Origin: Orbicella franksi
Lineage: Eukaryota
Assembly: GCA_964199315.1 (NCBI GenBank)
Contig: OZ116706.1
Coordinates: forward strand, 15,252,001 to 15,316,000
Length of the DNA stretch: 64,000 bases
Direction: 5' to 3'
Part shown: positions 24,001 to 34,078 of the stretch, in pieces
How positions within the stretch are numbered: the stretch's first letter is position 1
How the letters are laid out: each line of letters starts with the position of its first letter
The notes under the pieces: model-generated
Seen by the model: the letters and a program-made list of their open reading frames with translations, nothing else
The model's database searches: none
Told to the model about the DNA's origin: nothing
Program-made: the position numbers and the translations under genes

Positions 24001-27000
24001 TGGTACCATTTTCACTTTTCAAGTCAGTATTTTGGAGGTTACTTTTAGCCTGCATCTTTCTCCGTATTCTATAATTTCGATTCTTCGAAACTTATGTTTA
24101 TGGTTGTCCGAACTCTTGGATGCTGAAAGCTTACAGACTTCAGAAAAAAGGTTGTTTATTTAAGCTTAAGCTTATCTTCGGTTAGTGAAAGCAACTACAA
24201 TACTGTAGAGCCTGAGAAAAACTCTCGGTAAAATGTAAAGTTTAGAGGAATTCGACTTACCGAGAAGAGCTTATCGACTTCGGTAATCATCTGAGCCAGA
24301 CATTCGTGTGCAGCCTGAGACAACAAGAAATTCATGGAGACATCAGTCTAAACATCACTCTCTGTTACATTGCTTTGTTTTAAATACGCTTTAATACTTC
24401 ATCAGGTTATAAATCTACTGGCCTCAACTTTCTTAACAAGTACGAGGTTCGAATGAGGTAACGCACAAGGACGTCTTTTATTATTAACGTTTTGGTCCTT
24501 CCGCCATTTATGCTGTCGTTAGAAACTTGCACTTTCCAAAGTTTGATGTTCAAGCAACGATGAGATGAGCTTTAAAAGTAACTTTAACTTGAAGTGCAAA
24601 TTAAAGGAAGGATCAGGAAGGTACTGAGGTGATGGGGTGGAAATACGTACCAAGTTATCAGTGAGTTCTTTGGAAGCTTTGTTCATGGGCGTTCTCTTTT
24701 GCCGCTTAGGGGATGATGGGTCCTCTTTGGTGCCACACAAATGGAAAAGTGATGGAGCAAAGCATACTCCAAGATTCTTCTCATTCATCTAATAAAGAGA
24801 ATTGGAGGTCACATTAGAGTGGTTGACATGGGATTTATCTACACACATGATGTGAGCTTATTATCATAACCATGACGATAAAGGTGGTCAGAAAAGATGC
24901 TTGTAATAATTTAAGTGATAATATCAGTGATGATGAAATAATGAGGAAGATGAAGAGCACTGTTTAATGATAAATCAAGTCAAGTGATACCACTAAGTGC
25001 AGATTGAGCAGACACTCAAAGTTGTCCCTTGCTACTATTCAACTGAGTGTCGTAAAACCAAAACCAAACCAGTTACCTATTAAACCAGCTCAAACTGTAC
25101 CAAAACCAAAACGAAAGTAATTGCCTGATTACTGTCGACACTCAACTCAAAAACGCTTTATCTGGCAACCAAATTAAATGCTACAGTGTGATGGTGCAAA
25201 GCTCTGTTGTTTTCTTTTTCATCCTTGTATTTACCTGATTTCTTTCAGAATTGGCAGCCACTTCATTTAAGAACAACAGTAGTGTCTGTAGTGCTTCCCT
25301 GTTTGGATCAGGCATGAGAAGAATTGCTGCTTGCATTGCCTCCATTCTGGAATTGGAAGGAATACCTACAGGGAAAGACACTGACAACATAAAGACCTGG
25401 AACCAGTAAGAAGAACCCTTGGGTCCTCTGACAAAAGCCTTTAATCACCATGATAACCTCCTGTAGGTACGCATGATCAACTGGTATGTTCTGTAAAAAT
25501 AAGTGTATTCTGCTCTACCTACATCTTTCACCTCATCAATGCAATGTAAGACCAAACAAGTCAATCACTCATGGACATATTCTCCCAACTTATGCTATAA
25601 CTGATTATTGGAGACCAGTGTAGAGAATCCATATGCTGACAGCAGGGTAGATTCATTAGTTTTAGAGAAGGTGTAACATGAGAGAAAAGTGTCTGTGAGC
25701 TTTGACTATAAAGGGAGTAGTTTGAGGTGCTTCATTAAATGGTTATTCTCTTTCTGATGAAAACCATTTTGGTATTAGGGTTAAAAAAGATTAATGAAGA
25801 TTTGTAACCTACGTAGTAAAACTCACATAAACCACAAATGGTTTCCACTTACTTGAGAAGATAGTTATGAATGTTTCTGCTAGTTTTGATGTCAAGATGG
25901 GTTCTGGAAGTTCTCTGAAGTATTGCTTGAGCATGTCAGCCATGTCATAGGGTGACAGGCCTTCAAAGTCAGTGTTATCTGCAGCACATAAAGAGCCAAT
26001 CAGGATAAATAAGCTGACATTTATGCTGATAAAATCTTAATTACTCTTATAATTTGGATACATTCAAGCAACCAAGGGAATAAGTTAAAAATGCTTGATC
26101 TCAATATTACAGAACATGACTTGACTTGTTTCAACCAAGTAAGGCTGAAAATGTCTTCTATTGGGACACTGACCAAATCAACCAAAACTGGTTGAGGTTG
26201 AAAACCTTGTTCCCATTAGAACACAACCTGTAGAGGTTATTGTCAGGAAAGAATTGTTAAGAAAGACCGTTATACCTGGATCTCCTTCGATCATCTCCTT
26301 CAGGTGATTTATTCTCTGTTTACCACCTGACTTTCTAAATATGCCAACAGCATCCACAGCTGTAGATTAAAGGATTACACCACACATTAGGCTTCAACAT
26401 TATAAAGTATTACAGGGCTGTCATTAAGGGCCGAAACCCATAACACCTGTTATGGCTGAGTATGCTTGATGGGCCCTTGATGTTATGGTGACATAACGTT
26501 AGACTGATACAATGCACCCACCAAGTAACAAGTTTGTTACGAGTGTGAAGATCAAGGCAACGGGTGACTCAAAACTTAATAACTGCACTGCCTATAGAAT
26601 TACATACTTGGCCAATTTGGCTTTCATTCACCCACCATGTCAGGTAATTTAGTTATCTGATTATAACCTTCATGTATCCAATGCCGAGACAATATGATGA
26701 CATACTTATTCATAATAACATGTAATTGTTGTACAGTCAGCAAACAAACCCTGAAATGATATGTAGCTGAAAGAAATATGTGCTGGTTTGGCCAATTTAT
26801 ATCAGTAAAAACTGAAATATAAGCTTCAGCAATGACAATGTTTATTTTACCTGATCTTTGAAGGTAATTGATTGCAAAGAGTATTGACTGTGGAAGAGGT
26901 TGACCTGTACGCTGTAGGACAACTGAAAGGGGAACTCCAAACACATTCCTGTCTGAAAAGTAAAATCAGAGAGGACTTTTCTTTACACGTTCAATGCACA

Positions 27001-30000
27001 ACTACTCTCGACAAAAGGTTTCTGAGCAACAAATCAACCTCAAAATATTTATTTACTTGTAACTTGTCTGTGAGCAATAATTTAAGTTTATGCCAATGCA
27101 CTAATGTGACAATTACCTCTATAATCTGGGGACTTGAGTTTCTTTAAGAAATGGGGAAAGGACCTGTTAAAATAAAGAAAACCATAACATTAATAGATTT
27201 ATTTATCTGAACTGTACTTACACAAGAGCAGACCATTTCTTAGCTCAACCTAGCTTCAAAGTTTAAGAAAATAATTTTGATGCCATTTTGAAAAAAAGAT
27301 TGAACAGGTATATATTATGTATCCCAAGATGCAAAGTGTGAAAACAGATTTCAGTACCAAAGGATTTATAGCAAAAATACCTACTAGAGAAATATATACT
27401 GGGTGGAGAAGTGTATTATCTGGCAGTATGATAATACTGTCATTCATAAACACTGATAAGAAAAACGTTTTTAATGCTTGCTACAATAACAAATTTGAGG
27501 TTTATTTATGGAAAAGATTATTAGACAGTAGTTGTCGAAGACCTAGCTGCTTTATGCTACAGAAACTGGAGATAAGCCCCAGCCTGATGGGCCACTTGGC
27601 TCCTATGCAGACTTATTGTTGCCTCATGAGGCATTTGATGTTAGACAAATGGTGTTGGTGACATGGTAAGTCAGATCAGCCATCTTACCAGTTCCACATG
27701 CCTCTGTGTGAATGAGTGTGTCGTTCCATTAGTGCTGTGAGCTTCAAAAGTGAATACTTTCTGAGAACAGCCAGCTGTCCTGCTGTCAGGTCACAGATTT
27801 TTGGAGACCTGCATGATAATAAAAGGAGAGTAAATTTGATCAGTTAAGGTCACTTCTTGCTCTCTCTCATACAAAATAAGGTTTTATTACAAATAACAGG
27901 TAAAGTTTCTGAATCTGCCTCAAGATCCTGTTGGCTTTCATCCAACTGTAATAACATTATTCATGCTTTTATTTGTTTATAAAACATGAAATTTTAATCT
28001 TCCTAAACTGAAATCTCAGTGTTGCTAACTACCACCAAGGCCTCAGTGAAAAAAAAATGCTACACTTACATAACACGTATGTCAGGTTTAGAAGTTTTCT
28101 CAAAGCTGTGCCACCGTACTTTAGGCCTTGTTACTGTTGACGATGGTGCCATATCGTTGTTGCATTGTCTCTCTGAATTTCTGATTGACCGCAGCATTGA
28201 TAAATCTCCTGGTAAATCATCAATTTCATCATCGCGTTCTAAGTCAGATAGCTCCTCATTTGAAGATGCACTATAACTTTCTAGTCCCAAATCACTGCTA
28301 GTAAGATTTCGTTTTTGAGTTCTATTTGAGTGTTTTAGTTCATCGTTCTTGTTGAGGTCTTTGCCAACATTCGATATTGAAGGTGTACTGACACTCAGTG
28401 CTGGAGATAAATTATCATATACACTTGCTCTCCCTTGTGCTATGCATAGATCCAAGTGTGAAAAAGGTGACAATTGGTCTGGTACAAGTCTGTCTTTCTT
28501 ATGGAAAGATCTTTGCCTTGTGTTTGTTACACTGTTCAATGACGAATTTATTCCATTATGTGAACTGCTTAACCCTGGAGTCTTTCCTTTTGAAAGTGAA
28601 GGTGAACCATTCCTTCGACTTGACCATCGCCGATTCTTGTTTTGAAGCTTCCAGCGTGAACTTAGTGCAATCAGGTCTTCCTCATCTGAGTCATAACCAT
28701 CACTCTGTTCAAACAATAATATGAGAAAATCTGTGATTCCTGTGCTACTTTTTGTCAACTGGGAATGTAAGTTGAATATGCCCTGACAGTATTGATGAGT
28801 ACAAGTTATCAACTGGCCTATTACAGTACTTTGAAAATGTTGTGTAGTTAAATTCAGATCAAGGAAAGATAGATACAAAATAATTATTCTGCAAAAAACG
28901 TTATATCAAGTTTTCAAGGATGAATAAGACAAAAAGTGGCTGTTATTTAATACCTTAATATGCAGGTTCATTTTTGCACATCGATTGAGTGTTTGAAGAC
29001 GCCTACAAAAGAGATGGAAGATATCAATAGACTGAAACAAGAGCACATGATCTCGTCGTGCGTTCCTTTGAGGAAACCATAAACACTGTACAGTTTTAAA
29101 ACTAGTCACCAACCTGTACAAGGATTGGATGGAATCTTGATCAAGGAAGTGATGCTCCTTAATGACAGATGCTGTGTCAATTGGGAACTTTCCATCTGAA
29201 AAAGAAATGTACGATCAATTTTGATTCTTGTAAACTATTGGGTTGTTCCAGAAAATATCCACACTACTCCCACGGAAGTTTTGATTTCAACTTCTTCTTT
29301 CCTCTGTCAATTCCATTTCTGCTTCATACTTTGCTTTAAAAATGTTTGCTTTTGAGAGACCCCTCCCTTGTGGAATTTCCAACAACCATCCTTGGGTGGG
29401 GATGGAGATTTGCTGGAACCACACATTTTAATGCTAGTTTCAACATTACTGGTTCAACTTCTGCAGCAACTGTTATTTTGACTGGACTATTTAACAACAT
29501 TCTGAATGGTTCGCAAAATTATGGAATGGTTTTTGTATAGTGGTAACTATCATGGCACTTTGGTCACTCATTCACTCATGGTCCATCAGGCCAGAGCTTC
29601 TCCCTGTTTCTGTAGAATGAAGTGACTAGAAGTATTTCTACTCCCCTCAAGATGGGATGCTACTTTATCCCAGGGTTACGCCTAGCATTAAGTTTGCCAG
29701 TACCCATTTATACACCTGGGTGGAGAGAGGCACTGTGAGAGTAAAGTGTCTTGCCCAAGAACACAACACAATGTCCCCGGCCAGGGCTTGAACCTGGACT
29801 GCTCGATCCAGAGACTAGCGCACTAACTGTGAGGCCAATGCGTCTCCCACTGTTTACACTTGTGTTGTATTTCAACAGGTGCATCACACAGGATAGCCAT
29901 CTGCTGGTCTAGGGCAACAGGTGATTGAAAGAGACTGGGTTGTCTAAAGGAAACATGGTGCAGATCCCTGGACACTGCAAGACACTAGAATTGGACATGG

Positions 30001-30336
30001 TCATGAAACAGGCTGCTGCCCAACAGTAAAAGCACTGTCCTGAGAAAGTGGGTGAGTTATACAGAAGGTGATCAATTTAGGTTTTACCTTCAAGGCTTGC
30101 TAATTAAGAGACAAGGAACCAGACTGCTTTAAACTCTTGCATGATGACACGTTCAGTAGGGGATGAGAAATGTTTCTGGTGCATACAAAATTTCCAAAAG
30201 TTGCAGAATTTTAACTGCTACAGAAACAGGTAAACTAATCATGGCATCGGCTATATGGTATTACCTTCGTAGGCCTGTGCATACTGTGGAAATCCCGCAG
30301 CTTTAAGCCAGTAGCAGGCCTCGAGGGCTTCTAACT
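20968..30336 (-). CDS. STARD13: DLC1/STARD13/STARD8-family SAM-RhoGAP-START protein, 16 shared exons: join(30336-30265,29195-29114,29002-28954,28704-28070,27808-27689,27163-27117,26952-26851,26359-26276,25978-25853,25365-25235,24788-24651,24314-24261,23967-23821,23533-23367,22905-22780,22421-22248,21082-20968 including the terminal exon); about 794-854 aa depending on first exon
   Basis: 2369 nt in one frame with matching phases. SAM (EALEACYWLKAAGFPQYAQ..FPID..RRLQTLNRCA), DSDEED..W..RRW, RWHSF, KYSLLKLTALME, VFGVPL, GIFRKSG, DMLKQYFRELPEP, MNEKNLGVCFAPSLF, START (FKGW..LRLWR..WDEDL..SRVDQRGRTPEYY), ends GPETKV. Probably co-orthologous to vertebrate DLC1/STARD8/STARD13. Confidence 0.96.
22079..22160. 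repeat. Palindrome (29-bp arms) with an internal 23-bp tandem duplication
   Basis: ggcttgatacaatgatttcgcttggtgga pairs with tccatcaagcgaaatcattgtgtcaagcc at 27/29 positions. Confidence 0.85.
22248..22421 (-). CDS. STARD13: START exon (SWTDLERGVCALVSTSINH..SRLTHISRVDQR), GC donor
   Basis: ttattttcgaag| ... AAG|gcaagg. Confidence 0.9.
22780..22905 (-). CDS. STARD13: START exon (HLWDEDLESWDMIEKIDDHTDVF..QHVVLR)
   Basis: gtcttttttag| ... GAG|gtaaat. Confidence 0.94.
23367..23533 (-). CDS. STARD13: START exon (EAKDKFKGW..YPLRLWR..ILYER)
   Basis: ttctctacag| ... AAG|gtaaaa. Confidence 0.95.
23821..23967 (-). CDS. STARD13: GAP-START linker exon (IPEDTVKNSRFSY..CIAGLLK)
   Basis: gtgctttcag| ... 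AAG|gtaata. Confidence 0.92.
24261..24314 (-). CDS. STARD13: RhoGAP exon (AAHECLAQMITEVDKLFS)
   Basis: ttgtctcag| ... TCG|gtaagt. Confidence 0.93.
24651..24788 (-). CDS. STARD13: RhoGAP exon (MNEKNLGVCFAPSLFHL..ELTDNL)
   Basis: ctttattag| ... TTG|gtacgt. Confidence 0.94.
25235..25365 (-). CDS. STARD13: RhoGAP exon (..AAILLMPDPNREALQTLLLFLNEVAANSERNQ)
   Basis: ccctgtag| ... CAG|gtaaat. Confidence 0.95.
25853..25978 (-). CDS. STARD13: RhoGAP exon (..YDMADMLKQYFRELPEPILT..)
   Basis: gtgctgcag| ... A|gtaagt. Confidence 0.95.
26276..26359 (-). CDS. STARD13: RhoGAP arginine-finger exon (VDAVGIFRKSGGKQRINHLKEMIEGDP)
   Basis: ttaatctacag| ... CAG|gtataa. Confidence 0.95.
26851..26952 (-). CDS. 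STARD13: RhoGAP first exon (RNVFGVPLSVVLQRTGQPLPQSI..)
   Basis: ttacttttcag| ... CAG|gtaaaa. Confidence 0.95.
27117..27163 (-). CDS. STARD13: Pre-GAP exon (SFPHFLKKLKSPDYR)
   Basis: attttaacag| ... GAG|gtaatt; matches the family VPKFMKR.K.PDY segment. Confidence 0.92.
27547..27615 (+). mobile_element. SINE 3' fragment
   Basis: gctacagaaactggagataagccccagcctgatgggccacttggc..atgcagactta matches the 3' end of SINE copy 1. Confidence 0.75.
27689..27808 (-). CDS. STARD13: Pre-GAP exon (..GQLAVLRKYSLLKLTALMERH..)
   Basis: tatcatgcag| ... CTG|gtaaga. Confidence 0.95.
28070..28704 (-). CDS. STARD13: Ser-rich linker exon (SDGYDSDEED..RASVYDNL..KVRWHSF..)
   Basis: gtttgaacag| ... AT|gtaagt; inside the 270-aa ORF. 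Confidence 0.93.
28954..29002 (-). CDS. STARD13: SAM exon 3 (RLQTLNRCAKMNLHIK)
   Basis: tcttttgtag| ... AAG|gtatta. Confidence 0.94.
29114..29195 (-). CDS. STARD13: SAM exon 2 (GKFPIDTASVIKEHHFLDQDSIQSLYR)
   Basis: tctttttcag| ... CAG|gttggt. Confidence 0.94.
29575..29850 (-). mobile_element. tRNA-derived SINE, copy 2
   Basis: Reverse complement shares a long near-identical core with 7775-8052 (gacattgtgttgtgttcttg..ctctccacccagg). Confidence 0.85.
30265..30336 (-). CDS. STARD13: SAM exon 1 (LEALEACYWLKAAGFPQYAQAYE)
   Basis: tgatacgcag| ... AAG|gtaata; phase 1 entry. Confidence 0.95.
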
Positions 30337-31694
30337 CTGCGTATCAGAAGAATAGAATATTAATTAGTGATAAACCTATAGACCATGTTGTAATCAAGCC
30401 AGCTGACCATGGGTGACAAATATCAGAAACAGAACACTAATTTAGTGTTAACAAAATTTTACCCAGTTAACAAAGTTTTACACAGACTGCTAGTAAACAA
30501 AGGTAAAAAGTGTTTATATTATCAGCAATTATATCAAACGTTGGTTTTGTGTACAACCAGAGGACAAGTTGAGTTTACAACAAGCATCCTTCAAAATCTA
30601 CATGAGGTATAACGTTAATTATTAAACAAATTGCAAAAACCAATCAACATTTTATCTCCTACAATGAAACAGGACGTCGAAATAAAATTAAGCATGTGTT
30701 GCAATGAAAAACCCGTGCTGATGACAAAATTATTTTAAATAGTTGACAAGCTATTCTAACAACAAAATGTACAAACATGATTGCCTGGATGGAAATCGCA
30801 CCAGGCAGCTTCCGGTGTTCGTCTTTCATAATAACATGTTTAGGGGTTGCGTAAAAAATCACATGAAACATAAATGTTGCAAAGGTTATTATCTCTGTTT
30901 TGGTGTTTACTTCTTTGCTGTTTCGTATGAGTGTTTTATAAATTATACACACGAAAGCACAGGCAACATTCAGAAGAGTATGCCGAATCAAATTTGTTAT
31001 GTTTTCATGGTGATCTGACACTTGACTGTCAATGTTTGCTGGCGCGTCTGGTACGATGCTGAGAAAATTTATTGCCCTCTGAATTCTGGTTATCAACACT
31101 TTACACAAGAAAAAACATCCGCTGTTTTCAAAAAATATCCCAGGAGGATTTTGACGACAGTCCCTGTTATAGAAAACGATTTAGCAAGCTAGTATTCGAA
31201 CCGGACAAAACGAAACAATAAAGTAAAATGAACAAACTGGACAAGCTTGTGTCAACAATGATTTCAGTTAGCCATGCCAGCTATAAAATTCTCGGCTAGA
31301 ACGCGGTTTCCTCTTTCGCAGCAAGTTCTGTTTGCTGCGCTTAGAAATAGACGTCTGTATGTAGAATACAGAGCAGGACGTTTGACATGGCAAACACAGG
31401 CCAAATCTTGTCGTCGATTAATGAGGAAATATGAAAAGCAAAATATGTACATGGACATGTTGATCTTGAAACCTACTGTACATGTCCTCGAAAACAATTA
31501 ATAGTTAAAGACACCGCGCGGAACAGTATCGCCACAGAGATCATCGGCACTTGAAGGACAATGGCGAAGACCGGTCTTTTTCACATGTGACTGACAGAAA
31601 TGTTTGTTTGATTGTAGGTTAAGGAAAACAACGCGCCAAACAGTGGTGAGATTTTGCAGAGAGAAGTCGATGTAGGCCTGATTTTTGAACTTAC

Positions 31695-31710
31695 TTGTAA
31701 TTTCACGCAT
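31695..31710 (-). CDS. STARD13: Candidate first exon A (MREIT-K)
   Basis: gccATG context, donor A|gtaagt, phase 1 fits the SAM exon. Confidence 0.55.
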
Positions 31711-32595
31711 GGCTGGCGCGCGAAATGAACAACATTCTGTTCAAACAATCTCCGCCGTAAACCTGAAAGAAGGGGGCGAGAAACGCAAAAACAGCCCGGC
31801 CGATCTCGACTGTAAAAGTTCGATTAAATTTATCGAAATTTACTTAACGGAACAGTGGATTCCCTAAACAGATCCATCCCTCGTCACGTGAGAACTATCT
31901 TTCAGATTTTATTCAAATCAAGTATTTGTTTTGCTTGCACCGCCACAAAGTCTGAATGTATGAATGGCTGTGGTTTGTCGCTTGTAGTCCCTCTGTGTAT
32001 TACTTCATCCGGTTCCGAATTGCTAAGCAAGCGGCTTTATAAATTGGGAGGGTTTTGTTTAGCTTTCCGCTGGAATGGACATGAAAAGCATTGCTCTACT
32101 CTTGTCGCGGGAGATATTGTATAACCTCAGATGAAAAATTGATGTCACACAATTTGCCAATGGAATGGAATGTTACTCATGCCTTGATTTTGATAAACTC
32201 CTCGATGACCGGCCACTAACTGAGTACATTAAAATCAATTGTGGGCAATCGTTCACCAATTTCGCAATAAAAAAATCTAATTTTTGGCATTCCATGTTGG
32301 ACTGCCTCTTTGAGACAATTGCCACAAGAAAAGCAAAACATTTCATTTGTGATCCAGGTGAATGCATCGCAGAATTCCGGGCACAGTTCAACTGAAGTCA
32401 CTCGGTTTCGCTTCCAGAGTGCTCCGATCACCCGGAAAACGAAAATTCGTAAAGCAAAATTCAAAGGCTAGCATAGGAAACACAATATAAATATCAAATG
32501 GAGTACGACAACGTTAATCGACAGAATAGAAAATGTAAGCAATGTGAGTTTGAATTCCTTCACATCTCGGGTCATTTTACTTTACTCAGTGGTAC

Positions 32596-32698
32596 CTTTG
32601 ATTGTGTCTTTCTTGTTCTTGCGAACCATGAATCGTCGCAGTATTTTACGCCTGTTCTCACCACCGCTGTTAACACCGTCAGACAACGCCATGGCCAT
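32596..32698 (-). CDS. STARD13: Candidate first exon B (MAMALSDGVNSGGENRRKILRRFMVRKNKKDTIK-E)
   Basis: Phase 1 donor AAG|gtacca; RKNKKDT resembles the short DLC1 isoform N-terminus (MCRKKPDT..EAKEAC). Confidence 0.65.
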
Positions 32699-33858
32699 CA
32701 GATAGATTAACCACCACGGCACAGATATTGAACGAAAGCGCAATATAATCGGGGGCACCGAACAGAACTGCTCATTTCTGCCTCGAGGAAATTTTACCTA
32801 ACAGCTTGATATCAACCAAAATGACACATCCAAGGAGACTAGGCCCCAGGAAATTATCCGAACACCCGATTTGATTGACGTATTGTTTATGTCAACGCCT
32901 TGACAAATAACCACCTATTGTGAACAGAATGACACAATCGAACTAATCGCTAAGGGTGGGGAACCAAATTATACACTCTGATTCACTAGCTTTCACTGCT
33001 AGATAGCTCGCTTGAGTTCAGAATTCTATCAGAATTTTCGATTTCAAAGCATTGGCGACCAGAGAGGTTTTTTAATATGGCGTTTTAATATTGCCCAGTT
33101 GCGCAAAACATTTTCTGCGAATGACGTCATCCAAGGCGTGTGATATTTTATTTTTTCAGGCGCTGTTTCAGGCGTGTGTGCATGTGATTTCCTGTAAGTA
33201 GCACGGTTGAAGTTAAACCTGTGGGAGTCACAGTTGCCAAAGCTGTGGTTTTCAACGTGGCAGTTTCAGCAACGTTTTTGCCAGTTTTCGATGTGTCAGC
33301 GAATTTGGCTGGCCACTATCTTTAATATCCATATTTTGTTTGATACGCATTGTTTTCAACAGTATACAAGGGTCTGTTTTGAAATATCAATATGTGACTG
33401 GCCGCTGTAAGTCGCCGCCACTTTCCTTTCCTGTCCCAAGCAAGGGGTTCAAACATCTTTGAGAAAACCAGGAAAGCAGCGGTTCGAGGAAGGATATTCA
33501 AATTTAGAAAGGCAGAAAATTCGAAAACATGGAATAGGCCACTTCTGTTCCCGAAAACCCCGTAAATTTGACATCTCGCCTCACGTCCATAGGAATTAGG
33601 ATACCTAGTTGTTAAAATGTTATTTACGTATTTTAAATTACAAGTAACATAGTTTTTCAGGTTCTCATGATCACTGAGATCACAAGTGAAAAGGTCAGAC
33701 AAGGGCACAAACGTGAAAACATTGAAATTTTCCTTGGCGTTTTTCCGTCCTTCCTACGCTTTCTGATAACATGTGCGAACCTGGGCAGTGAAAGCTAAAA
33801 AAAGCAACTGTAGAAGTAAAATCAGGACAGTAGCGAAAGTAACTGAATAGATAAATAC

Positions 33859-33967
33859 CATTGGCGAGCATGGATGCAAAATCTGCCACCACTCCCATTG
33901 TAGCGTCTAGGAAATCACACACTTCGTTGTCAAACATATTGCTCTCCTCTAAACTCGTTTCACACAT
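33859..33967 (-). CDS. STARD13: Candidate first exon C (MCETSLEESNMFDNEVCDFLDATMGVVADFASMLAN-E)
   Basis: Phase 1 donor G|gtattt; directly downstream of a CRE/E-box/TATA/Inr core promoter. Confidence 0.6.
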
Positions 33968-33992
33968 GACTCCTCTGTGGTTGAAAAAGAAT

Positions 33993-34078
33993 ACTGAGGA
34001 CTCGTATCACAGTACGCCTCTCTTATATACACGACTCCACGTGCGCGGGCATGTAGGTCAGTCACACGAGTGACGTCA
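33993..34078 (-). promoter_or_regulatory. Core promoter: CRE TGACGTCA (34071-34078), E-box CACGTG (34038-34043), TATATAA (34029-34023), Inr TCAGT (33997-33993)
   Basis: Motifs read directly; TATA is about 30-34 nt before the Inr adenine, and an ATG follows 28 nt later. Confidence 0.6.

Noticed and set aside
30659-31108. 149-aa minus-strand ORF in DLC intron 1
   Set aside because: AT-rich, no family motif, and no good donor giving phase 1 exit
33322-33708. 128-aa minus-strand ORF
   Set aside because: GTG start, no homology recognised; intronic to candidate exon C
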